DNA from: Eledone cirrhosa
Taxonomy: Eukaryota
Reading direction: 5' to 3'
Assembly (NCBI GenBank): GCA_964016885.1
Contig: OZ024742.1
Coordinates: 241,118,001-241,182,000 of the forward strand
DNA: 64,000 bases
Shown here: piece by piece, positions 32,997 through 45,942 of the stretch
Layout: each line of letters starts with the position of its first letter
Position numbering within the stretch: the first letter of the stretch is position 1
Program-made: the position numbers and the translations under genes
Notes under the pieces: model-generated
What the model saw: the letters and a program-made list of their open reading frames with translations, nothing else
Database searches by the model: none
What the model was told of the DNA's origin: nothing

Positions 32997-34298
32997 GTAT
33001 ATATATATTTATTCATATGTGTATATATATATGTGTGTGTGTGTATACACACACACACACACACACACATACACTCACACACACACATACACACGCACAC
33101 ATATATATATATATTTATATATATATAATTAGGTAGACAGATAGATATATCTCGTAAAATTAATAAGATAATCGATCATTTGTAGTTTATAAGAAAGTAT
33201 ATACATTATAAAGAAAATTTGTTGGCTTATAGTCAACTTCTAATTATATATTTATTAAACAAACCATTTCCACTAAAATTTTATTTCCAAATACTATGTC
33301 GAGTTCTTCTGTATGTTCTTTAGAGACTACAGATTTGATCTACAGGTCCTTTTCACACGTTAAGTAGGAAAGTACTTCCATCTGTATCTAACTCCTCGAT
33401 CATATCAACTCTCTAAAACCTACCTTTTCATTTTCTTTATCTGTCACTCTATAAATTTTTAACGTATCCTCTTCATGTTTATCTTTACTTATGATTCTAT
33501 GTTTCTCATATTTTGCCTTACCCTTTTTTTATCTCTCTAAATATTCCTCATTATTTTTGTATTTATTTGGAGGTTTCGTTATTTCAAATCTTTTTTCACA
33601 TTTAAATTTCTTTCTTTTTGTTTCTCTTATTAGATTTCTTCTATTTCCTTGTTAGCACACTCCTTTCTTTTCTCTTCAGCTTCATATTCCCTGCACATTT
33701 AATATATTTCTCTGAAGATTTTCTTATTTTCTGTCCACTACATTCTCTTCGCTTACATATATGTCTTTTTTGCTTTCTCTAACTTCATATAGTTTTCCAT
33801 ATTTTTCTCACTTCTGCGTCATTTCTATCTTTTCCTGTCTTTATACTTATATGTTTATCTATTACATTGCACTTCTCTTTTCTAACCGTCACATTATCAC
33901 CGTTTGTTTCACTTTCTATAATACTAAATTTATCCCATTAACACCCTAATACTTCTCTATCTTTCTCCTTTTAATCCACTATTATTATTCACAGAATCGC
34001 TTTCTCTTATTCTTCCTTCCATGCTCAACTGACATCCTGTTTCACTTACCGGTTGACTGTTAATTATCTTTGTATGCCTGTCTGTCTCTCAATCTCTTTG
34101 TCTATTAGTCTTTCTCTCCCCACCTCTCTCTCGCTCTATCGCGCACACACAGTCTTTCAATGTTTAATTATCTATTCATCTGTTTAATCACCTCATTTTT
34201 ATTATACTTTCTGTCTCGAAATTCTCTCTCAGCACAGCACCTGCTTTCTCCTTACACATTCCTAGCTTGTCAGAAAGTGGGAGACCAGCTATTATCGT

Positions 34299-34333
<35 letters not shown>

Positions 34334-34357
34334 GTTCGATGATGTTGTACTAAAGTT

Positions 34358-34408
<51 letters not shown>

Positions 34409-34433
34409 GGGTGTGTATGATTGTGTATAGAAG

Positions 34434-34581
34434 ATTATATTAATAAAAAGAATTCCAACTTTGTCTGATTTACTCGTTTTATTTACAATCCTTTAAAATT
34501 ATAATATCATTATAATTTTAAAGGATTGTAAATAAAACGAGTAAATCAGAGACAAAGTTGGAATTCCTTTTATTAATATAT
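34434..34581. repeat. Palindrome in a TA-rich tract
   Basis: ATTAATAAAA.GAATTCCAACTTTGTCTGATTTACTCG.. is mirrored about 34506. A single arm of the same family is at 47464-47524. Confidence 0.8.
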
Positions 34582-34602
34582 ATATATATAAGTATATATA
34601 TT

Positions 34603-34636
<34 letters not shown>

Positions 34637-35116
34637 CGTATATATATGTATAAATATGTATATATATATATAAATTTGCACTCACACACTCTCACACACA
34701 ATGCACACACACAAATATATATATATATATATAATTAGATAGGTAGATAGCTAGATCTAAAAAAATTAATAAGATAATCTATCATTCGATGTACATGAAA
34801 AACTATATACATCAATAAGAAAGTGTGTTGGCATAGAGTCAAGTTCTAATTATATATTTATTAAACAAAACGTTTCCGCTAAGATTTCGAAATACGATGC
34901 AAAATTCGTCTACATGTTCTTTAGGGAGTAAAGATTTGATCTACTGGTTGTTTTCACACGTAAGGAAATGAAACCTAAAATCTTCATCTTTACGTAGCCT
35001 CCCAATCATATCAATTCTCTATTTTCATCTTTCCCTTACTCACACTCTCCTCCCTCTTCTATACAAGCTGGGTTATCTATGTTTTTAAATTTACATCTCA
35101 CTCACCCTAATTCACT

Positions 35117-35194
<78 letters not shown>

Positions 35195-36089
35195 ATTACT
35201 GATCTTCGGTTTCCTCCATTTACCTCTTCACATTATCTCTTATTCCTCCCTCTCTTTCGCTCATTCCTTCTTCACTCTTTGCTAACTCCCTCATATTTAT
35301 CTGTATCTATTCACCGATGTTTTTGATGGGCACTTTCTCAGCTGACCAACTCCCTCTTTTCCTCCCTCCCTCTCTCTGTTTTCTTTATCGTCTTATATCT
35401 TTCCTTATTTTTGTCTCTCTTCTCATCTCTCTGTCTCCTTATCTATCTCTCCTTGTTTTTTTCTTTCTCTCCTCCACAATCTCTTTGTATCTGAGCACTA
35501 AAAGAGCTATAGTATTTTTCTGCTTTGCTCTGTAATATATCTGATTGATTTTCAGTAGCATTGTCAAGGGGTTAGACGTACAAGTAAAGCAAAGAAAGCA
35601 ACTAACACCTGGGATAGAGTTCTAAATAAATATTTTGCGAATGCAGCAAAACTTTGAACCGCAGCAGTGATGTAGTGTAGGTTTTTGTAATGAACAAATT
35701 TACCTAAATTTATGGGAGCTCATATGTATATTTTTCTTTTGCTTAGCCGCTTTAAAGGAGAGAATACTGTATTGAAAATTATACAGATTCGATATAATTA
35801 TCGAAAATAAACACTAGCAAATATAGTTATGATTGACCGTATAAAAGCTTTCCTTATTTCTTGTCACAAAAGATGGCTCAATCTTCTCAATGTAGATTTG
35901 TTTATGTCTGAGTGTATGTATTTTCTATGGCAGCTTACTAGAATTATTAAAATGACCAACGTGCAGGACTTTACATTGTATCTTTATCGGTTGAGGTAAT
36001 GCAGAATAAATAGTTTTGGTTAGAAAACACAGCACAAGGCCAACATCGAACATGAATCCATAGCTTATGAACTGGTAGCCAGCCGTATA

Positions 36090-36345
36090 AATAATTGTTT
36101 CTACATTTGGCACTTGGTTAGCAATTTGAAGGGAAGGGGAAAATCGATTAAATTAACCCCAGTGCGTTACTGGTACTATATTTTATCGACCCATGTAAGG
36201 ATAAAAGGCAAAGCTGTATAAATAACTGTTTCTACTTTAGGCACAAGGCCAGCAATTACCCAGTGCATTACTGGTACTTTATTTTATCGACCCCGTAAGG
36301 ATGAAAGGCAAAGATGAAAGCAAAGCTGTATAAATAACAAATGTA
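36090..36345 (-). mobile_element. Tandem 3' fragments of the Nin/Deu-like SINE
   Basis: Two copies of CTGGTACT..TTTTATCGACCC..AAGGAT.AAAGGCAAAG, separated by repeated GCTGTATAAATAA. Confidence 0.7.
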
Positions 36346-37329
36346 AGTTAGCTCTCATATGTTTAAGATAAAGTATTACTAATATGTAAACTTTCTTCAA
36401 AGTCAGTGACTCATACCTTATGTCTATAACGTAGGATTTCGCTTACAGTGTGCATTGTAAACTTACATTGTCATTTGCCTGGTATTTATAAAGCTATAGT
36501 GACAGCTTAAATAAAACGGAATAACATTAAATAAATAAATGCTACGGAATTCGGAAGAAACTCATCTCTTCCAACAAGTAACACGTGAAATTTAAAAAGG
36601 AAAATAACAAAATATCAGAAAGATATCACAAGAAAACACGAGAAAAGCAGTGTTCAATAAAACAATAAGGAAAAGCTGGGTGAAGATTTGATATAATTGT
36701 TATTCAACTACATTTTACGACCGAGAACAGATTCTACTCTTAACGCAAATATGTTACATATTAACTTAAAAAGAACAGATGTCTGTATTATAGAGCAGAC
36801 AGTAGCAGGTGGTTCTCATTGAATGAAGACAGAACAAAAACAACAACGAATATTATGTATTATTGTTGTGTCAAAGGATTCGTCGGTTTTCTTCACAGTA
36901 TGATGGTACATTGTCATACACCTATCAATGTGAGGATCTGTATATGCTTGCTCACTCGAACTGTTTTCATATATAATAAGTGAATTTTCAGGATAAAAAA
37001 TCTTCTGTTGTAGATTTAGTAATTAATGCATGAAGAAAATTACGTATCAATTTATAGATCATATGAATTAATCATTTCTATATTTCTAGTCTTGCAGCAA
37101 ACAAACTAACTGTGTATAACCCCCCCCCCCCTTAGAGAAAGAACACATCTGTCTAAAAACCGATGATTCGCGATTTCAAACAAATTAGGTCATCCGTTAA
37201 GAACAGTTAGAACCAGAAACATGCTCTCTTAATCATACTACTGGTGGTAATTGTGGTAGTAGTGGTAGCGCTAATGTTGGTGATAATGGTAATAGTAATG
37301 ATGGTGAGTGGTAGTCAAAGAGTACAGAC

Positions 37330-37545
37330 GAACCGTTGAACAGACAGACAAATATTAAAGAATGAGGGAATCAATGTACACTCTTGACAGGTGCAATGTG
37401 TCCGAACACGGAAGAGCTGAACTCTCACTGTCATCGGCTCCCATCTCTTTCTATAGTGAGCAAATGGCGTCGCATGTGCTGGCCGCCCCACAGGATGGAG
37501 AAGGCGTTTCCGCGGAGGATGGTAAGGGAGATGCGCTGGAAGAGT
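37330..37545 (+). pseudogene. Possible RTE-clade RT C-terminal relic
   Basis: PNTEELNSHCHRLPSLSIVSKWRRMCWPPHRMEKAFPRRMV resembles the RTE pattern N.EVL...PSI...RLRW.GH..RM...PR. Short and degenerate. Confidence 0.35.
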
Positions 37546-37689
37546 CATTCCATCTTGCAAACTACTTATCTATATGTCGATATCATTTAGTGGTATACAT
37601 TTGGCAATGATATATAAACTGTCTGAGAAAATACACATGGGTTTACCTGCTCCAAAACTAGGACACGTATATATATATATATATATATA

Positions 37690-39742
37690 TTGTTATACTT
37701 GGGGAGGGTCATATTGTTTTAATAATATTGCCAGAATTAATAACAGAACACACTGTTTGGTTGGTTTTCGCTTCTGTATCTTTTATATCTGTTAATTTAT
37801 TCGGTCCTCAATGTTTACCATTGACTGACCAACGGTCTAAAATACAGATATAATATAGACACAAACACATATATATAGTCTAACAAAGTTCTTTCGTTGC
37901 ATATCTGCAACATCATCAGTGGTACTATTATGTTTCCTCCTGTTGTATTGTATGTCTACGCCATCTTTATTTAATCTGTTTATTTATTTATTTATTTATT
38001 TACATTTCTCTTAAGTCAGTATCGTTTGTTTGGGTGTTGTTGTTATTCCATTTATTTTTTCTGTTTAGCTTTGGCCTTCTAAGTTCTATTTCGCTGGCCT
38101 CTCTGATTTGCCTATCTGCTGGGTCATTTCTATGTTTAGATATTATTTTAATTTCTATGTTGTCTATGTTACCGTCATGTTGTTGTCTGGTGTGTTCGTA
38201 TAGTACTGAACCGTTTTTTCATCCTTTTAGTTCCCCTACAAGCTGTCTCCCATACAAGCTGTCTCGCCTATGTATGTTGTTGTCATGTTTCTGCAAGTAC
38301 CCTCTGTACATCTTATGCTAAAGACTACGTTTCTAGTTTTACATTTTTCTGGGGGTTTACTTTACATATAATACATTTCCTATTAGTACAGTGGGTTTTC
38401 TTAAAAGGGTATGTTTTGCTGATCAGCGATTTTATGGTGGTTCCTGACTTTTCTACCACCTTAATCTTTAAGTGGGTCTTTCTCAGGGCCTTTCTACACT
38501 GGTTAGCTAATTTCCCTCCAGAGGTAGCGTCCACGAACATGACACTCTGGTATCTCTGGTTGTCGTACCATGAGGTGGCTTTTCCTACCTTATGTTTAGT
38601 CCTATCTAAGCTATTCCATGATTTGTTCCTGTATAATGCGAACATTCCTTTCATGTCCAGTTCTATGAGGGTCTTATACTTCTTTGTGGCTCCTTCGTAT
38701 ACTCTGATTCTGTTTCTTTGGTTGTAGCCAGAGAACTGCATGAGGTTGATGAAGTGTTGGATATGTCTTTCCATTTCTGTTGGGTCGCATATGCGGGACA
38801 TGTTCTTCATCCTTCGTACCAAGTCTGCGATCAGAATATTAAACTTAGCACTACTGGACGTTGCTGAGATTTTGAGTATCAGGTATTTGGAGGCCATGGG
38901 TTTAGCGTAGTGTGAGTGGAGAATTTGGGCCCTCTCGTCGATAGTGTTAATCCAGAGTTCCGTGTCTAATACAGGTAGTCTACTGTTAGGGTGTTTGGAA
39001 GGGTAGTCGATAGTTACAGTTATACTCTGGTGTATGGAATTAGCTATCTGCTGGATGCTTTCCATTGTGCTATATTCTAAATCATACTTGTTAGTACTCT
39101 CTTATGGGGGTGTCCTTATTACTATATTAATGTCGTCTACATAACGAGAGTACATGATGAGGTCTATGGAGCTCTCATCAAGATGTTTGAATCTCCTTTC
39201 CCACATACAATAAAAAGGTTGGCAACGTCACCAGCTATGCTGACGCCAATGGCCGCTCCCTCATTTTGGGTGTAGATCTTCTCGTTGAATTTGAATATGT
39301 GGTCCTTTAGGGTAGTTTTAATACTGCGCCTATTGCGTGTGCGACCGTTTTTCTTACCTGATCATTGTTTTGGGGGGTCCGTACGGCTTTGGTCCACCCA
39401 ATCCACCTTCCCATAGGAGTCTTTTTTGCTATTGAGGTTATGATGGGGGGTGGGGGGTCTACCTCTTATGGGTCTATTGGGGCAGAAACGGCTAAGGCCA
39501 TGGCTGTCTAGGTAGTCAGTGTCATAGGTAAGTCTAAGTAGGCGGCCCAGTTCGTCTGTGTCGACGTCGCAGAACTCCACCCCACTCTCACTGATCATCT
39601 CCACACATTTTCCCACAGCAAAATCAATGTTAATGGATGGGTATAGTGATACCACGTCCATACTGTCTATTATGCATAAACTGTAAACCTAGAAACGGAT
39701 AAACTGTAAAACTAGAAACGTAGTCTATAGCATAAGATATAC
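37690..39742 (-). mobile_element. Degenerate 5'-truncated Penelope-like element (RT + C-terminal GIY-YIG; Neptune/Nematis-type architecture)
   Basis: Minus-strand frames give DVVSLYPSI (about 39650), IFKFNEKIYTQNEGAAIGVS.AGDVANLF (about 39220-39300), YSRYVDD (about 39140), LPVLD..YAKP, a Cys linker C-x4-C-x2-C, CKTRNVVFSIRC..YIGET (about 38265-38343) and RQIREA..LN. HHR downstream; (TA)n/(CA)n flanks. Confidence 0.88.
37875..37928 (-). ncRNA. Hammerhead ribozyme motif in the Penelope pseudo-LTR
   Basis: TAGTACCA-CTGATGA-T-GTTGCA-GATA-TGCAAC-GAAAG-AA-CTT, 3' of the PLE ORF on the same strand. Stem I and the cleavage triplet are imperfect. Confidence 0.6.
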
Positions 39743-39822
<80 letters not shown>

Positions 39823-40661
39823 CTAATAAACCTTTGTTCATACTGCCTCTCTGTTTTGTTCCCGTTCAATTTTTTACTATATATATATATATGTATATGT
39901 GTGTGTGTGTGTACAAACATACATATATGCACACATCTATATACGTATATGTGCATAGTGTGTGTGTGTGGAAAATTATCGATTTCAAATAACACTAGGA
40001 TTGACTTTATATTTTAAGAAAGTCTCTAAGCTTTCACTAATAGAAATAACAACCAAATCACACTGAAGCTTTACGATGTGATCTTAAATTCGGTGAATAT
40101 ACTAGATAACTCAATTATACAATATTATACAATAAATACAATATTACAAAAGGAATAACAGGATAATAACACATGATCGTCGATCGAACAATAAACCTAC
40201 CCTTTGAACATTAATAAACTCTGAATTATATGAAATATAGAGACAATGAAAAATCTTTGCATTTAAAAAGAAAGAAAATACTTTGAAATATAAATACAAT
40301 TCCAAATGACACTCACACATAAAGAATGAAAATCACGGAACATGCACAAAAAAAAACAAAAGGAAAATCTTAACAAAGTCACCTGTAAATGTCATCGTTA
40401 GCTCATATCCTACAGAGTCGTTTACGCATAATATACATTCACCAAATCAACCAATATAAAGTGAAACACAAACAGAGAAAACTTAACATATTGAAATAAA
40501 ACATTAACGGCCGAAACAACACTTTTATGGAAGTAAAGGTCTTCTTAATCACAGATGTCGTTCGCATCGATATTATACAACAAACGGAATTACAAGCAAG
40601 CACACAGACCTCAAATTAAAAATTAAACATCTAGCAGACTGGACAGAAGGAGTTCATTGAA

Positions 40662-41160
40662 TGTATGTATGTATGTATGTATGTATGTATGTATGTATGT
40701 ATGTATGTATGTATGTATGTATGTATGTACATTTTATGTATATTTTATGTCGCCTTGTGGGGCATTTTTTGGAAATGTCTACTATAATTGTTTCTACTTT
40801 TGGCACAAGGCCAGCAATTATCCCAGTGCATTACTGGTACTTTATTTTATCGACCCCGTTAGGATGAAAGGCAAAGCTAACCCCGGTATGTATGTATGTA
40901 TGTATGTATGTATGTATGTATGTATGTATGTATGTATGTATGTATGTATGTATGTATGTTATCTCTTTCTCTTAATTTCGAGTATATTTTTGACCGGCCA
41001 CCTTCCTGGTGGCAAGGTTGTAAAAGAAAAAAAATTGTCATCCCTTGAATCGCAAGTTCAGTTATGTATGTATGTATGTATGTATGTATGTATGTATGTA
41101 TGTATGTATGTATGTATGTATGTATGTATGTATGTATGTATGTATGTATGTATGTATGTG
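40662..41160. repeat. (TATG)n array interrupted by two inserted fragments
   Basis: Three TATG runs separated by inserts at 40729-40886 and 40959-41062. Confidence 0.9.
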
Positions 41161-41477
41161 TGTTCTTCTGGTTTTATAATTTCACAAATTTTTGCCAATA
41201 GAGAGAGAGTCGGTTTCTAACATAGATACAATACTCTCTCATTGGGATTTACACATCAAGTAGGTAGATATGTATTCATGTCTGCATGCATGCATGTGTG
41301 TGTAGGTGGTATGAATGTTATTGTATGTGTGGATGTGTATGTTTTAAGTTATATGTGTGCATGTGCATATGCTTCGTATCTGTACAAGTGTATATGCAGT
41401 TATTAGATGCAGAATTTTTGGAATCTTTTACATATTTTTACTGTTCCATTAATGGATTGTACTTGTAATTTCCTAAC
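41160..41477 (-). mobile_element. Second truncated copy of the RLE-type non-LTR 3' end
   Basis: Reverse complement of about 31670-31980, with (CATA)n at both ends. Confidence 0.75.
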
Positions 41478-42397
41478 TGTATGTATGGTCCCGTAGGGTC
41501 GCCGTATTTACATACGGCGTTTCTTGGGCATTTTAGACCTGGTGGAGCCCACCCCGCTCCAGGCCTGAGTACAGCATATTTCTTCCAGAGAAAGATAGAA
41601 AGTGAGAGAGAGAGGAAATGAGAAAGATATATAGAGGAAGAACCCACCCCAGTACTAGACTGGTACTTTTTTATCCACCTCGAAAGGATCAAAGGCAAAA
41701 TTGACCTCAGCAGGATATTAACTCACAGAGCGTAGAGCCGGAACGAATACCATAAAGCATTTTTATCCGACGTTCTAACGACTCTGCCAATTCGTGCCCT
41801 GATGCCATTGTACATACACCAAATCCTCAGGTATAGAGATGTAATAAATGACACTCGAACATTAATATGACTCAATAATACATAAGAAATGGAAGCATTG
41901 GAAATATAAACCATTCAACTCGAATGATGATAATAACAAACATATAATTAGTATCTTCAACTCCACCAACTATCTAGTTAGGATACTCCCATCAACAACA
42001 CTTTAACTCATTCCCAACCACCAACAATGCACACAACATGTAGTACTAAAAAATACAGATAACATGAGAAGTGAGAGATAAGCTTTACAACTAAACTTCC
42101 TTCACATCCTAAACAACCTGCACCAATACGCTTTTATACCTCACCAAGTTATCTACCTCATGCTGTTGAAATTTTGCTACCTCTTGCTTACCATAAGACA
42201 AAATGTTCTCCAGATCTCACCTGGCTACTAAACTCTCTTCTGAACAAATCAACAGCAATTTTAAAATGTTGAAATCACAGTAGGACCATTTCTACCAAGA
42301 AACGAAATAAAGGTTGGAAGAACTCAACCGTATTTTAATCTCCAGGATAGCAACTGTAGTAAACACACTCAGCTACATAATAGTAGACATTTCTTGG

Positions 42398-42590
42398 AGG
42401 GCGGTCGATTGGCAGTATCAGTAGAGGGTTGGACGCAATGCTTTGTAGCATAGAGTTACGGCCCTTTACGCTCTGAGTTCAAATCCCACCGGGGTTAGCT
42501 TTGCCTTTCATCCTAACGGGGTCGATAAATTAAAGTACCAGTAATGCACTGTGATAATTGCTGGCCTTGTGTCAAAAGTAGAAACAATTA
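42398..42590 (+). mobile_element. Full-length Nin/Deu-like tRNA SINE with TSD
   Basis: TGGCAGTATCAGTAGAG (A box-like), GAGTTCAAATCC (B box), Nin-like core; TAGACATTTC is duplicated on both sides. Confidence 0.8.
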
Positions 42591-44904
42591 TAATAGACAT
42601 TTCCAAAAATATGTCCCACAAGGTGACATAAAATATACAACCCTAGTTACAAACTGAAATAGACAGCACGATAAAAATTAAAGATAACATCAAACAGAAT
42701 ATACCAAATTTCTTTTCAACAGAAATAGAACTGAAAGCCAACCAACTAAGAAGATTAACACTAAGAGACAGAAACCTAATAAATTGTATCAATCTTAAGC
42801 AACAAAATAAGCAATAAAACACTATATAACATATTTAGAAGTATAATCAACTGTAGCAATTGTCAAACATTACAATAACATCTTTAGATAACATACCCAC
42901 TCTACAATAACAAGCTAACGCTCTTAACAAACATTTTTTCAAAACTCAGCCGCTAAAATCCACACAATGAAAACAGTAATCTAAAATACGCATGTTCCAC
43001 CTATATTATGACATAGATTCTTTCCTTCCATCAGACATGAATAAACCAATGCAGAAATTTCAACAGTTAAAATAAACACTGCTTGAGAAATCAAAACCTA
43101 CATCTAAACCACTTAATGCCTGAAGTTATTACCACGCTCTCCATTAACTATAACCACTCGCATCAACACCACCACCAATAATAAAGCCCCTAAAATGTAA
43201 AGTCAAGTAACATCACACATCTGTATATATATATACACAAATGTATAGTCTCTTCAATACCACTCTCATGCACATTCCCTCTCCAAATTCCTGCATGGGT
43301 TCAGGTCTACACACCCAAATACCACATTGTTCACCAGCCTTGCAAAGAGGATACATGATAACTTCCATTCTAAATACTATTGACATACCCATACTGATAA
43401 GAGGAAGCCCTCTTCCTCTCATCATCCAAATGTTTGCGTATCCGCCACCCAAACTCATACAGTTCGAATTCTTGCCTGCTCTTTGACAACTTAAGTAAAT
43501 TCTATTTTGTAACTTTAGTTGCTGTCTTCTGACTCTGCTACCATGTCTATTTCCCTCGTGCTTTCGCCTTTATTGTTCAAAGAGGACACACATCTATACA
43601 ACATTTTAGTGAGTAGCTTCTTCATACTCTAACATACCCAACTAGACACTTCAAACGTTCCCCTATCTCGTGTTTTATGTATCCCTTTATCATTCACACA
43701 ACATTTTTAGTAGGCCTCACGAAGCTCGGATTGAACCTAATCCACCTTTTTTACTTCACTTTACGTATCCAAATATACTACCCAACCTGCAATCACTTCA
43801 CAGGTAATCATAAACCTGGCCGCCCATAAGACTACCCCGCAGTCTGTGTTGTGCTCTAGCACTTTGTTTCTAATAATACCAGTGTGTTCTAGCGAAGTAC
43901 TGCCTTACTGCATAACCTTATATAAGCTCCAACATTCTTCATATATTGTCTGAACCCATGTAGAGATTCGGAGAGGAAATGTGCATGAGAGTGGGTATTG
44001 AAGATGACTATACTTTTCTAAAGAAAAGAACGAGTGTGAAAAGTAAACTACATGGTAGTCATAGTTAGAATGCTTCATCGCTGCTGGGATGGGTTCTGGT
44101 CCTAATAGCTACAATGTCACTGCATAAGGTCAAAATGTCTTGTACGGCCTATTTTCAATATCCTGTTATGTTTCATTCTTGTTCAATTTGAAGAACAGTG
44201 GTACTACCTGGAGCTTTTGATGGCCTTCCGAAACTCTTACTGTGGATGTAGCTGATATCTAACTGGAAAGTGACATAGGGTAAAATATAGCGAGATATTG
44301 GGAAGGAGTATATAAGGCGAGCAATTAAGAGATGGGTGCATCAAAGGGTTTGGGAAGAGAGGTTCACATTGGGTTCTGCAGAGACTAATATCTCAAGCAA
44401 TATCACATCAAAATGACCGAAATTCTTCATAAGTATTAATATATATTTTTATCGAATTAACTAATCCGGAAAAGATGTGTATCACCATCCGGATGTATCC
44501 GTTCTGCTTCTCACACAAAAATTCAATCTCACTGATTTTTCAATCCTTACAACAATGCTCTCAACATTTCATGACCTACCGAGTCTATGATACTATGATA
44601 CTCATACCTACGATTTATATCTTCAATGATAATATATTTACCATTGACATATTACTTTTTCATGGAATTCCTTTTCAAAAACTCACTAAATTCTAGCTGT
44701 CCGTGGTTGTACTCCAAATAACCACTTGTAAGATTTCATGTTATATATGTATATAAAATCTGCACCCGTTGAAGTTGGCCTAAATGTTGCACATGTATTC
44801 TATACCAACGTGTGCAGCAAGCAGTCACCACCAGCCCGGTGCCTTGAAACCTACGATAGCGCAATATATGTTACTCATATGAATCATAATAAATTATATA
44901 TATA

Positions 44905-45007
44905 TATAAAACAAAGAAAGTGTGGTAAGAAACCAGGAGAGCCATCGGATCTAGCTATCGAAGAAACGGCCGGAGCTCCGCCGTCGGGGTTCTGACACTT
45001 TTCCTAT
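44905..45007. mobile_element. Internally deleted member of the 'TTTTCCTA' family in (TA)n
   Basis: AAAGAAAGTGTGGTAAG on the left; GAAACGGC-CGGAGCTCC-GCCGTC..CTTTTCCTA(TA)n on the right. Confidence 0.7.
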
Positions 45008-45018
45008 ATATATATAAG

Positions 45019-45065
<47 letters not shown>

Positions 45066-45068
<3 letters not shown>

Positions 45069-45659
45069 CTTCTATTTCCAATTCTTCATTTTATTTATAT
45101 ATCACATTTGCAACAACACAGCACGCCATTTTTCATTCCTATATGCATTCCCATTCGCTGTGACCTGTCTTTTTCTCTTCCCTTACTGCTATCTTCTTTC
45201 TCTCTCCCCCTTCTCTCTCCTTCTCCCTCTTACTTTCCTTCGCCCCCTCCGCTAGTCACCCTCTCTCGGCTAGCCTCTTCCTCACATTTCCACTCACTCT
45301 TTGCTACTCACCCTCTCTCTCACTTCCTCCATCGTCCAACACCATGCGAAATTCTTTCTTCGCTCACTTTGGCACGGTTAAGATGTGTCTTGGTCTTCTC
45401 GTCAACATTCGCAAGTTCTTATGTTCAAATGAATCATTGACTTGATTTTCTCATTTTTTTCCTCTCTTTACGTTGCCTCACCATTCGTGTTTGTTTACCT
45501 GTCTCTCTTTCTCCACCCAATTTTTTTTATCCCAATAACTTATTTTAGTTATTGTTCACGCTAGCCTTAGGTATCTCATCTTTAATGCGAAGAAATACCT
45601 ATGATGTCTAGTAGACCACTGATGATGGATAGTCCTGGCTTCTATTTCTAATTCTTCAT

Positions 45660-45670
<11 letters not shown>
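45066..45670 (+). mobile_element. (TA)n-flanked non-coding element with about 35-bp direct terminal repeats and a truncated hammerhead
   Basis: TGGCTTCTATTTCYAATTCTTCATTTTATTTATA at 45066 and 45636; CCA-CTGATGA-T-GGA-TAG-TCC immediately before the second repeat. Confidence 0.6.
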
Positions 45671-45736
<66 letters not shown>

Positions 45737-45942
45737 GTGTGTGCGTGTGTGTATCTACTTGATCGTTAGTTGGCGAACTCACATACACATACACGATGCA
45801 CGATACACGATGACACTACAATTAAATAAAAGAAAAATCAACATCTGCTTCGAGTAAATATATCGTGTGTTTGGTTATAGTCCAGGTTACGTCATTTCGT
45901 TAGTTAACTTTTCAACCCTTCAGGGAATCCTTATATTTATCA

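Noticed and set aside
41900-44420. A/C-rich stretches suggestive of very old LINE endonuclease relics
   Set aside because: No intact diagnostic motif could be read with confidence.
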